Shown: one piece after another, positions 1 through 12,170 of the stretch | Layout of the letters: each line of letters starts with the position of its first letter | How positions within the stretch are numbered: position 1 is the first letter of the stretch | Assembly: GCA_963749155.1 (NCBI GenBank) | Contig: CAVVLO010000005.1 | Location: 1 to 64,000 of the forward strand | From: an uncultured Armatimonadia bacterium | Lineage (GTDB): Bacteria; Armatimonadota; Zipacnadia; CAVVLO01 | Direction of reading: 5' to 3' | Length of the DNA: 64,000 nucleotides | The notes under the pieces: model-generated | The model's input: the letters and a program-made list of their open reading frames with translations, nothing else | Databases searched by the model: none | What the model was told of the DNA's origin: nothing | Made by a program: the position numbers and the translations under genes

Positions 1-2
1 GT

Positions 3-578
3 GTGAAGGATCGCTTGGCATTTGCTTTGATTGAATCAGTAGAAAAATTAGGGTTAGTCAAAGAAGATACAGTATTCATAGAAGCAACTTCTGGCAATAC
101 GGGTATAGGTTTAGCATTCGTATGTGCTGCCAAGGGATATAGGCTTATTTTGACTATGCCAGAATCTGTGTCAAAAGAAAGAGCATTAGTAGCAAAAGCA
201 CTCGGTGCAACCATTATATTAACCGATGGTTCTTTAGGTATGAAGGGTTCAATTGAAAAAGCGAATCAACTATTAGAAGAACATCCAAACTATGTGATGC
301 CGATGCAATTTGAAAACTTTGCTAATCCTGAAATTCATCGTCAAACAACCGCTTTAGAAATTCTTGAAGATACAGAAGGAAAAGTTGATATCTTCGTTGC
401 TGGTGCGGGTACAGGTGGTACAATCACAGGAGTTGGAGAAGTTCTTAAGAAATATAATCCTTCTGTTAGAATTATCGCTGTTGAGCCTAAAGACTCACCA
501 GTTTTGTCAGGTGGTAAACCAGGGCCACATAAAATTCAAGGCATTGGTGCAGGGTTTATTCCAAGTGTTCTCAATATG
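3..578 (+). CDS. cysK: Cysteine synthase A, partial (both ends truncated)
   Basis: KDR (PLP Lys), [17 protein letters not shown] and [14 protein letters not shown] motifs. AT-rich. The ORF tail after ~578 is antisense of an unrelated GC-rich gene. Confidence 0.93.
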
Positions 579-585
579 ACATGCT
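570..585. other. Sequence junction (AT-rich to GC-rich), probable contig concatenation or chimera
   Basis: Abrupt composition switch that truncates both cysK (+) and the OmpA-like gene (-). Confidence 0.85.
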
Positions 586-1606
586 TGATCGGCTCCGCCG
601 GCGGCGCGGGGGTCGGCTTCGGCGGCTCGGGCTTCGGGCAGCCGTTGGCGTCCACCGGCGTCCATCTCGGCGTGCCGGGGCACTGGTCGTTGACGTCGAT
701 GACACCGTCACCGTCGGTGTCGGCATCGGGGCAGCCGTCCTCGTCCTGGAACCCGTTGAAGTCCTCGGGCTGGTCCGGGCATGCGTCGTCGATGTCGAGA
801 ATGCCGTCGGCGTCGTTGTCCGGATCCGGGCAGCCGTCCTCGTCCTGGAACCCGTCGAAGTCCTCGGGCTTCCGCGGGCACTTGTCGTCCTTACCGATGA
901 TGCCGTCACCGTCGCAGTCGCCGGGGCCGAAGTAGTACGTGAGCGCGACGTAGCCCTCGAGGAGCGTATTGTTCAGGTCCATGTACTCGGGCCCGCCGAC
1001 CACGGAGAGGCCGGCCGTATCGAGCTTCTGCTTGAAGAGGTAGCTGTAGCGCCCGCCGACGCCGATCGCGAAACGCTCGCTCGCGAAGAACTCGACACCA
1101 GCGCCGACGATGCCGGTCAGGTTCTCGCCGCGCAGCCTGCCCTGCTTCCCGTCGTTGTCGTAGCCGACGGGCACGTCGCCCTGATCATCGCGCCAGTCCT
1201 CGACCTGCCAGAAGGTCATGCCCAGCCCGGCGCTCACAAACGGCCGGACCTTCGAACTCGGCGCGACGTTCCAGATGGCCGAGAGCGCTGCGGTGTTCCA
1301 GATGGTGCGGAACTCGTCCGGCACTCCCCAGGACGCGAAGCGCCCCTCGCCGAAGACCTCGTCGATGGGCTTGTTCTGCGTCTCGCCGTGCCGGTAGTCG
1401 AGGGCCACCCAGAACTTGTCGGTGAGGGGCTTCGACACCTGGAGACCCAGGGTGAGTCCTGACTCGGCGTAGTCGGTTTCGCAACCAGTCGGCTGCATCA
1501 TGCCGATGTTGATGCCCACGCCGAGATCGTCGCATGCGACCCCCGCGTGAAGCGTCGCGGGAACGAGGAGTCCCGCGACGAGAATGCAGAAGATCAACCG
1601 GAACAT
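579..1606 (-). CDS. OmpA/OprF-like outer-membrane protein (beta-barrel + TSP3-type Ca-binding repeats), C-terminus cut at junction
   Basis: Signal peptide, alternating beta-strands ending YVALTYYF, DxDxDG..D.CP repeats and a Pro-rich linker. The expected periplasmic domain is lost at the junction. Confidence 0.8.
729..870 (-). repeat. 43-bp direct repeat (729-771 / 828-870, 99-bp period) encoding [14 protein letters not shown]
   Basis: gggcagccgtcctcgtcctggaacccgtYgaagtcctcgggct occurs twice with one mismatch. Confidence 0.85.
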
Positions 1607-1822
1607 GCCTCACCTCCTCTGGTGGAGACTGCGTTTCCCCCATTCACGGTTCGACGGAGGGCAATCCTAACGAAAAGCCCCGCGGGTGACAAGGGGTGGT
1701 TTCGATGCCGATCCCCCAAGGGGCGGCCTTGCCTTGGAGGGGGGTCTCGGGCATACTGTGCCCGCACGGGAGCCGCGGACCAGGGTCCGCGACAACGGGG
1801 CGGGGCCGCTGAGAGGTGATCC

Positions 1823-2209
1823 ATGCTTGTCAAGGACGTGGCCGAGGCGCGTGCCTGCGGGGCGGGGGACGGCTCGGAGCTCCGAGAGCTCCTGCACCCC
1901 GATCGCGATGCGGCCGCGCTCGGGTACAGCCTGGCCCACGCGGTCGTTGCGCCGGCTCGGGCGACGCTCCCGCACGTTCTCAGCCACACCGAGGTCTACT
2001 ACGTCATTGAGGGCCGGGGGACCATGCACGTCGGAGACGAGACCCAGCCCGTCCGTGCGGGCCACGCGGTCCTCATTCCGCCGGGATCGGTCCAGTGGAT
2101 CGAGAACACCGGCAGGGCCGCGCTCGCGTTCCTCTGCATCGTCGACCCTCCCTGGGTACCCGAGTGCGAGGTCATTCACAGGCCGGCCCCGCCCGACGGC
2201 GGCCGCTGA
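1823..2209 (+). CDS. Cupin domain protein
   Basis: PHVLSHTEVYYVIEGRG ... VLIPPGSVQWIEN cupin motifs. RBS gaggtg upstream. Confidence 0.85.
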   Translation: MLVKDVAEARACGAGDGSELRELLHPDRDAAALGYSLAHAVVAPARATLPHVLSHTEVYYVIEGRGTMHVGDETQPVRAGHAVLIPPGSVQWIENTGRAALAFLCIVDPPWVPECEVIHRPAPPDGGR

Positions 2210-2223
2210 GGAAGGAGCTCCCC

Positions 2224-3459
2224 ATGAAGCTGTCTGCTATCGCCCTGGTCGCGTGCGCCCTGGCGCTCCCGTTCGGGATCGCCGTTGCCACCGACGTGCC
2301 GGCCGGCAACGTGTCCGGCGTGTGGAGCGCCGCCGGCTCTCCTTATATAGTGCAGGGTCATATCACCGTCGCGCAGGGTGACACGCTCTGGATCACTCAA
2401 GGCGTCGAGGTTCGTTTCGATGGCGCGTACGTGCTCGGGGTCGACGGCATTCTCTTCGCCGTGGGCGACGCGGCCGACAGCATCCTCTTCACGACGAACG
2501 AGCCGGGGACTTGGTGGTCCCACATCGAGTTCCCGTCGTCGGGCGACGACGGCTCGATGCTCCAGTACTGCCGCATCGAGTACTCCGACTCGGGCGACAA
2601 CGAGGCGCCGTACAGCAAGTACGGCGGCGGGCTCTGCGTGTTCGGCTACCGCGGTGTGACGCTCGCGTACTGCACCGTCGCCTCGTGCCGGGGCGGCATG
2701 GGCGGAGGCATCAACGTCGAGGGAGACACCGGGCTCTACGCCTGCACCATCCGGGACTGCAGCGCCGACGTGCCCAACTCGCGGGGCGGCGGACTCAGGC
2801 TGGACGGCGAGGGCACGGTGACGGACTGCCTCATCATGGACAACATCTCGGACATGGACGGCGGCGGTGTCTGGATGCAGTCCTTCTCGGGTGACTTCAC
2901 GGGGAACATGGTGGCCGGGAACGTCTCCACGCGCGCCGGCGGCGGCGGGCTGTACGTCAACATCTCATCGCTCGCCCAGATCTCGGCGAACGTCATCTGC
3001 GGCAACGGAAGCGCCAATCGCGGGGCCGGCGTGGACATCTGGGCCTACTCGAGCCCAGGGTGCACCTTCACCAACAACACGATCGTGGCCAACGACGGCA
3101 TCGGCTTCTATGCGGGCGATCCGGAGTCGGAGTACATGGCGGTCGTGAACTGCATCATCGCGTTCAACGACGGTCCGGCAACAGGGCTCGATCCCACGCG
3201 GCCGGCCGACGTCGAATTCGAGTGCGTCTGTTCGTTCGCGAACACGGGGGGCGACACGCTCTTCGGCGCGGTGGCGACGTGCCTGTATGAGGATCCCCTG
3301 TTCTGCAACGTCGAGTCCGCGGACTACACGCTCTCGTCGGCCTCGCCGTGCGCCCCGAGCGGATCGTGCGGGCAGGTGGGCGCGCTGGGCGTCGGGTGCA
3401 CGGACTCCCCCGTCGCGCGGACGAGCTGGGGGCGGATTAAGGCGATCTTCGGACGATAG
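2224..3459 (+). CDS. Secreted right-handed parallel beta-helix (pectin-lyase-like/Pmp-like) protein with C-terminal SWGxIK motif
   Basis: Signal peptide, W...GSPY start, repeated GGG(I/L/V) and N-ladder motifs, DPLFC...YTLS..SPC, ends ARTSWGRIKAIFGR. RBS aaggag. Confidence 0.75.
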   Translation: MKLSAIALVACALALPFGIAVATDVPAGNVSGVWSAAGSPYIVQGHITVAQGDTLWITQGVEVRFDGAYVLGVDGILFAVGDAADSILFTTNEPGTWWSHIEFPSSGDDGSMLQYCRIEYSDSGDNEAPYSKYGGGLCVFGYRGVTLAYCTVASCRGGMGGGINVEGDTGLYACTIRDCSADVPNSRGGGLRLDGEGTVTDCLIMDNISDMDGGGVWMQSFSGDFTGNMVAGNVSTRAGGGGLYVNISSLAQISANVICGNGSANRGAGVDIWAYSSPGCTFTNNTIVANDGIGFYAGDPESEYMAVVNCIIAFNDGPATGLDPTRPADVEFECVCSFANTGGDTLFGAVATCLYEDPLFCNVESADYTLSSASPCAPSGSCGQVGALGVGCTDSPVARTSWGRIKAIFGR

Positions 3460-3493
3460 GCCGCGCGACCAGGCGCCGCGCAGGGAGACCCGC

Positions 3494-4795
3494 ATGCCGA
3501 CCAACGCAAGGCAGATCACGCTGGACGCGAGTGAGATCCCGCGGCAGTGGTACAACATCGTGCCCGACCTCCCCGAGCCGCTGCCGCCGCCGAAGGACCC
3601 CGAGGACGGCCCGTCGCGCGTCCGCGAGCTTCCAAGCCTTCTGATCGGCGAGTGCCTGAAGCAGGAGATGTCCCGGGAGCGGTGGATCGACATCCCCGAC
3701 GGGATCCGCGAGCTCTACGAGCGAGCGGGCAGGCCCCGGCCGCTCTTCCGCGCCAGGGCGCTCGAGGAGGCCCTCGACACGCCGGCGCGGCTCTACTACA
3801 AGTCCGAGTTCTACAGCCCGACGGGGAGCCACAAGGTCAACACCGCGCTGGCCCAGGCCTACTACGCGCGGGAGCAGGGCTACGACCGCCTCACGACGGA
3901 GACGGGGGCCGGGCAGTGGGGCACGGCCCTCGCGTACGCGTGCGCGCTCACGGGCCTCAAGTGCACCGTCTACTGGGTCCGCGCCGTGTACAAGTGGAAG
4001 ATGGAGCGGCTCGGATTCATGAAGATGCTCGGAGCCGACGTCCACCCGTCGCCGAGCGACAGAACCGAAGTCGGCCGGAGGCTCCTCGCCCAGGACCCGG
4101 ACCATCCCGGCTCGCTCGGGATCGCGATCTCCGAGGGGCTCTGGGACTCGAAGAACGACCCGAAGGCCGGTTACTCCCTGGGCTCGGTCCTGAACCACGT
4201 CCTCCTGCACCAGACCGTCATCGGGCTCGAGACCCAGAAGCAGTTCGAGAAGGCGGACGACTACCCGGACATCGTCATCTCCTGTCTTGGCGGCGGCAGC
4301 AACTTCGGCGGGTTCGCGCTCCCGTTCGTCGGGGACGTCCTCAAGAAGGGCAAGAAGATCCGCTTCATCGCCGCACAGAGCCAGGCCGCTCCCAACCTCC
4401 AGGGGGAGTACCGCTACGACTTCGCCGACCACGCGGAGATCACGCCCCTCCTCAAGATGTACACGCTCGGCCACGCGACGACGATGCGGCCGATCAAGGG
4501 CGACGGTCTGCGGTACCACGGGTGCTCGCCGATCATCAGCCTCCTGCGCCACCTCGGGTACATCGACACGGTCGCCTACCCGGCCGACGAGAAGCACGTG
4601 TTCGAGGCCGCGCGCACGTTCATGCGGACCGAGGGATTCCTGCCCGCGCCGGAGTCGGCGTACAGCATCTGCTGCGCCATCGACGAGGCCCTGAAGTGCA
4701 GGCAGACGGGCGAGAAGAAGGCCATCGCATTCAACGTCAGCGGACACGGGTTCATGGATATCGAGGGCTACCGGGAGGTGCTGGGGATCGCATAG
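3494..4795 (+). CDS. trpB2: TrpB2-type tryptophan synthase beta-like PLP enzyme
   Basis: IPRQWYNI, SPTGSHKVNTA, TTETGAGQWG, GGGSNF, PAPES and NVSGHG motifs. Stand-alone, outside a trp operon. Confidence 0.88.
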   Translation: MPTNARQITLDASEIPRQWYNIVPDLPEPLPPPKDPEDGPSRVRELPSLLIGECLKQEMSRERWIDIPDGIRELYERAGRPRPLFRARALEEALDTPARLYYKSEFYSPTGSHKVNTALAQAYYAREQGYDRLTTETGAGQWGTALAYACALTGLKCTVYWVRAVYKWKMERLGFMKMLGADVHPSPSDRTEVGRRLLAQDPDHPGSLGIAISEGLWDSKNDPKAGYSLGSVLNHVLLHQTVIGLETQKQFEKADDYPDIVISCLGGGSNFGGFALPFVGDVLKKGKKIRFIAAQSQAAPNLQGEYRYDFADHAEITPLLKMYTLGHATTMRPIKGDGLRYHGCSPIISLLRHLGYIDTVAYPADEKHVFEAARTFMRTEGFLPAPESAYSICCAIDEALKCRQTGEKKAIAFNVSGHGFMDIEGYREVLGIA

Positions 4796-5069
4796 GTGCG
4801 CGCCCCCCACGGAAAGGCGGCGGCGGATGGGCGTGATTCATGACAGACCGTCGCATCCTATGATTGCCAAGAAACGCCCCTCCCCTATATCGTGTGCATC
4901 GGGTGCAAATGGGGAGCGCTTGTGCGCTCTGGGAATCTGCCTCGTCGCGAGGTCATGGAGTTCCGGCTCCGGCACGAAAGGAGGGAGCGGGAGAGCTCAG
5001 GGGCCGTTCTGAATCCGAACTGGAGCGATCCGGCGCGGGCCGGATCCTAAGAAGAGGGAGGAACCAGTA

Positions 5070-5702
5070 ATGAGGCTTCTCACGTGCGTGCTGATCGTGC
5101 TGCTCGTCGTCGTCGGCACCGTCTCGGCTGCCGCCCCTGTCCACACCGCGAAGGGTGACAAGGCGCTGGTCTTCGGGTTCCGCGGACTCAGCGAACTCGG
5201 CCTGAGCGGGCCCGTTGACGATTGGAGCGTAGGGATGCGCTACTACATCTCCGACATGAACGCGATCCGCGGCGGCCTCATGTTCGGGATGGAGAAGTGG
5301 ACCGACAAGTACGAGGGCGACGACACGGACTACGAGTACACGGAGTCGGAGTACGGCCTTGAGATCGCCTACGAGCACCATATGGAGGCCCCCTGCAACT
5401 CCGTCTCTCCGTACCTTGGCGGCGGCGGCTTCTTCTACAGCTGGAAGGAAGAGTATCCGGCCAACGAGCGCGACTACGACGTTGAGACCGAGAGCGGGAG
5501 TGGCTTCGGCGTGTTCGGCATGGCCGGCTTCGAGTGGGGCTTCACCGAGTGCATGACACTCGGCGGGGAGTACCAGCTCGGCTTCCAGTCCGGGAGCTAC
5601 GAGGACGAGGTCGAGTACGGAGAGTCGTCGTCCACCTACGAGTCCGACTACTCCTGGACGGGCTTCTCCACCGCGTCCGTCTTCCTCTCCGTGTACTGGT
5701 AG
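5070..5702 (+). CDS. Outer-membrane beta-barrel protein
   Basis: Signal peptide, amphipathic strands, C-terminal aromatic (VFLSVYW). Confidence 0.75.
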   Translation: MRLLTCVLIVLLVVVGTVSAAAPVHTAKGDKALVFGFRGLSELGLSGPVDDWSVGMRYYISDMNAIRGGLMFGMEKWTDKYEGDDTDYEYTESEYGLEIAYEHHMEAPCNSVSPYLGGGGFFYSWKEEYPANERDYDVETESGSGFGVFGMAGFEWGFTECMTLGGEYQLGFQSGSYEDEVEYGESSSTYESDYSWTGFSTASVFLSVYW

Positions 5703-5737
5703 ACAGGCGGGCGGAAGCTGCCCATCGATGGAAGAAG

Positions 5738-5765
5738 AACGGGGGTGCCTTGCGGCACCCCCGTT
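5738..5765 (-). terminator. Intrinsic terminator of the V-ATPase operon (possibly bidirectional)
   Basis: AACGGGGGTGCC-ttgc-GGCACCCCCGTT perfect 12-bp stem. GCAA loop and a pyrimidine tail on the minus strand, between convergent genes. Confidence 0.75.
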
Positions 5766-5803
5766 GTCATTCCACCCCGTGGCAGGGGCGCGGCCGGCGC
5801 CCC

Positions 5804-6423
5804 CTAGTGCCCCCGCACGATCTCCTTGACCTTCATGAGCTGGGTCGCGTTCGCGCGCTCGAGCTCGGACAGCCGGTCCGAGATGAAGCGGATGGTCTCC
5901 TCGAGGCTCGGAACGAGGATGTACTCGAGGGCGTTCACGCGCCGGCGGGTCTTCTCGAGCTCCACGGCGATGAGCTGGACCGCCTTCTCCGTCTCGGCCA
6001 GGCGCACGAGCTTGGGCAGGACCGCCGCGTACATCCCGAGCGCGCGGTCGAGGTCGGCGGTCGTCTCGAGATACCCGTAGCCGAGCTCGGCCTGCTCCGG
6101 GAACTCGATGCGGAACTTCGGGATCTTGAGGTTCATCACCTGCTCGCGGTCCGCGCGCACCTCGACGAGGCGCCGTGAGAAGGCGAGCGCGGAGTCCATC
6201 GCGCTCCCGTCCATCTCGAACCGGGCGGACACGAACGCGCGGTGGGCGAGCGCCAGCTCGGACTCCACGCCGGCCCGAAGGTCGCGGACGTGGTGCACGA
6301 GACCCAGGAAGCGGCGCATCAACTCCTCCTGCTTGTCCTTGAGGAGCTTGTGCCCACGCCTCGCGAGGACGAGCCTCCGCTTCAGGCGGAGGAGCTGCAT
6401 CCTGTTGGGGTTCGCGCGAAGTC

Positions 6424-6427
<4 letters not shown>
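5804..6427 (-). CDS. ntpD: V/A-type ATP synthase subunit D
   Basis: [26 protein letters not shown]. Confidence 0.93.
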
Positions 6428-7817
<1,390 letters not shown>

Positions 7818-7829
7818 GGTACGATCCCC

Positions 7830-9641
<1,812 letters not shown>

Positions 9642-9674
9642 TCCGGTTCTCCTGCGCGCGACCCGCCGTCGCGG

Positions 9675-10001
9675 CTACTCGCTCCCACCGCCGGCCAGAA
9701 TGTCGGCGCCGACGGCTGCCGACACGGCCCGGTGGATCTCCTTCGCGGCGATGCCGCGAGAGCCCTTGACCCCGGGGAGCACGGTCACCGTGGGAAGGGC
9801 CTGGTCGCGCCGCTCCGCTATCTGATCGGCGCACGCCTCGTACACGTCTTCGGTCACGAAGATGATCGCGTAGCCCCCGGCCACGGCGGCCCCGAACCCG
9901 GCGCGCGCCTCTTCCGGCGTCGAGACGGGCACCGCAACGACACCCAGGGCCCGGAGGCCCAGCACGGAGTCGCGGTCGCCGATGAACGCGATCTTAGACA
10001 T
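9675..10001 (-). CDS. V/A-type ATP synthase subunit F
   Basis: KIAFIGDRDSVLGLRALG ... AVGADI, and operon position. Confidence 0.9.
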   Translation of the reverse strand: MSKIAFIGDRDSVLGLRALGVVAVPVSTPEEARAGFGAAVAGGYAIIFVTEDVYEACADQIAERRDQALPTVTVLPGVKGSRGIAAKEIHRAVSAAVGADILAGGGSE

Positions 10002-10995
10002 GGATCGTCCTCAGCCGCTCCTCGACGTCGCCGCGGGCAAGCCCGTCGAGCTTCGCGAGGACGGCGGTCCGCACGAGCTTGATCTCGATCTGCCGCCTCA
10101 GGATGTAGGCAATGAGCGGCTGGATGCCGTAGGCGACCATCTTCGCGGACTCGACCGTCTTGAGCAGGACGTTGTCGCACGCCCGTTCGAGCGAATACGC
10201 CTTCTCGGACGACCACTCGCGGAAGATGGGCGTGAGGTCCGAATACGAGCCGAACTCGAGGGCGCGCGCGAGGGCGTCCATAGGCTCACCCAGGAGCCCG
10301 CGGAAGAAGGAGAGATCGAGCGTGCCGCCCGCGAGGAGCGTCTGCGCGAGGTCGGTCGCGTCCCGGCCGGCGTCCTTCATCCGCATGAAGGTCTTCACGT
10401 TCGCGAGGTCGATCTCCGTGCGCAGGTACGCCGTGAGGAGGTCGCTGCCCTTCGCGCGCGCCGTCGCGAGCGAGTGAGCCCAGAGCGCCGCGTCGCACAC
10501 GCGGTCGATCGCGGCCAGCTCGCTCGTGTCCCTGTACGCGTCGAGCGCCGCGCGGGCCGCGTCGGCCAGCACGGCAGGGAGCATCGTGAAGCTCCGCTCC
10601 TCGACCGCCTTCCCGAGGACCTCGATGCCGACGGCGCCCACGGCCGGCGCGAGGCCGATGTCGCCGTCCGCCATCTTGAGGACGGACGCCTTGATGAGGG
10701 ACTTCAGATTCCGGAAGTCCCAGCGCAGCCTGAAGAGGTCGATGAGCGCAGGCTCGGGCGACACGCGCGCGATCGTCTCGAGGGTGTCGGCGAACGCCTT
10801 CTCGAGCCCCGGCTCGATGTCCTCAGGCCGCGCGACGCCCGCGAGCGCTCCCTGGTACGCCGAGTCGCCGAGCGCCTTGAGCACGCCGGCAGGCGTCTCC
10901 GACAGAAGACGCTCGATCCACTGCCGGTCGAGGAGGCGGGTCTCCATCCCCCTCACCCGGGCCACCGCGTACGCGTATCTGGTGTCGTCGGCCAT
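9994..10995 (-). CDS. ntpC: V/A-type ATP synthase subunit C
   Basis: YAYAVARVRGME..LL, DFRNLKSLIK, EIDLANVK, GIQPLIAY. Confidence 0.88.
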   Translation of the reverse strand: MADDTRYAYAVARVRGMETRLLDRQWIERLLSETPAGVLKALGDSAYQGALAGVARPEDIEPGLEKAFADTLETIARVSPEPALIDLFRLRWDFRNLKSLIKASVLKMADGDIGLAPAVGAVGIEVLGKAVEERSFTMLPAVLADAARAALDAYRDTSELAAIDRVCDAALWAHSLATARAKGSDLLTAYLRTEIDLANVKTFMRMKDAGRDATDLAQTLLAGGTLDLSFFRGLLGEPMDALARALEFGSYSDLTPIFREWSSEKAYSLERACDNVLLKTVESAKMVAYGIQPLIAYILRRQIEIKLVRTAVLAKLDGLARGDVEERLRTIHV

Positions 10996-11006
10996 GCGCG
11001 TCCCGC

Positions 11007-11606
11007 CTAACTCCCGCCGTCACGCCCGAACAGGATGCCCGCCACGTCGGTCTCGAGGCGCTCGCGTGCGTCGCGGATGATCGTGTCGAGCGCGCAGTTC
11101 GTCTCGGTCTTCCCGCGCCGCAGGATGAACCCGCCGTCGATCGCCCGGCGCTCGCCGGAGAGCCTGAGTCCGCCGGGCTTCCCGAACTCCGCCGAGACCT
11201 CGTCGAGGAGCTTCTGATCGATCCGGCGCTCCCCCTCCCCCACGATGACCTCTTCGTCACCCGTCTCGACGGTCCGTTTGAGCAGCCTCTTGATGAAGCG
11301 CCCGTACTCGTCCGCGGGCATCGCCGCGATGCTCTTGCGCGTCTCGTCGAACACCCTGCCGATGAGATCCTGCTTCTCGGCGAGAAGGTCGCGCCGCGCC
11401 GCCAGCTTGGCGAGCGTAACGATGCGGTTCTTCTCCTCGTCCGAGCGCTGTTTCGCCCTGGCACGCAGCCGCGCGCGCTCGGCCTCCGCCTTCTCGCGCG
11501 CCCGCGCGAGGACAGCGTCGGCGTCCCGCTTCGCTTCGGCGAGGATCCCGCGGCCCGCCTCGTCGGCGTCGGCCCTGATCTTGCTCAGAATGTCCTCAAC
11601 CGCCAT
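11007..11606 (-). CDS. ntpE: V/A-type ATP synthase subunit E
   Basis: N-terminal coiled coil, IDGGFIL, and position between K and C. Confidence 0.88.
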   Translation of the reverse strand: MAVEDILSKIRADADEAGRGILAEAKRDADAVLARAREKAEAERARLRARAKQRSDEEKNRIVTLAKLAARRDLLAEKQDLIGRVFDETRKSIAAMPADEYGRFIKRLLKRTVETGDEEVIVGEGERRIDQKLLDEVSAEFGKPGGLRLSGERRAIDGGFILRRGKTETNCALDTIIRDARERLETDVAGILFGRDGGS

Positions 11607-11626
11607 CGGTCACACCCCGCGTGAGC

Positions 11627-12085
11627 CTAGACCTGTCCGAGAAGAAGGATCGTCGCGAGAAGACCCAGCACCGCGTAGGTCTCGACGACGACGCCGAAGA
11701 TCATGCCCTTGCCCATTTCCTCCGGCCGCTTCGCGGTGAGCCCGCACGCCGCGCCGCAGACCTGCCCCTGGGCGATGCCGGACGTGAGCCCAGCGATCGC
11801 GATGGGGAGGCACGCGAAGAACACGCGCCAGCCCTGCCCCACGCTCATGTCGCCGAGTCCCAGCGCGACCATCTTGTTGATCGCGAGGAACATCGCGACG
11901 ATCCCGTAGATGCCCTGCGTGCCCGGGAGCGCCTGCAGAAGCAGGAGCCGGCCGAACTTCTCAGGGTCCTCGGCCACGACCCCGGAGGCCGCCTGCCCCG
12001 CGATGCCGCAGCCGACCGCGGAACCGGTCCCCGCGAGCCCGGCCGCGAGCGCCGCCCCGGCCATTGCCAGCATCATGCCTTCCAT
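11627..12085 (-). CDS. ntpK: V/A-type ATP synthase proteolipid subunit K (four-helix, Na+-type signature)
   Basis: LPGTQGIY, IAQG and VETY resemble the Na+-binding residues of Enterococcus hirae NtpK. Confidence 0.92.
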   Translation of the reverse strand: MEGMMLAMAGAALAAGLAGTGSAVGCGIAGQAASGVVAEDPEKFGRLLLLQALPGTQGIYGIVAMFLAINKMVALGLGDMSVGQGWRVFFACLPIAIAGLTSGIAQGQVCGAACGLTAKRPEEMGKGMIFGVVVETYAVLGLLATILLLGQV

Positions 12086-12170
12086 GCTTCGATTCCTCCC
12101 CTCGTTGTGCGCACGGCTCTCTTCTGTCTCTTCCTTATCATGTCTCTCACGAACGCGGCCCCGACCGCCG

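Noticed and set aside
3..935. CysK with a Ser/Pro-rich repeat C-terminal extension
   Set aside because: The tail is the antisense reading of the OmpA-like TSP3 repeats across a junction.
4960..5050. Riboswitch in the leader of the beta-barrel gene (CTGAATCC, GATCCGGC/GCCGGATC hairpin)
   Set aside because: Only one short motif and one hairpin, with no full aptamer consensus recognisable.
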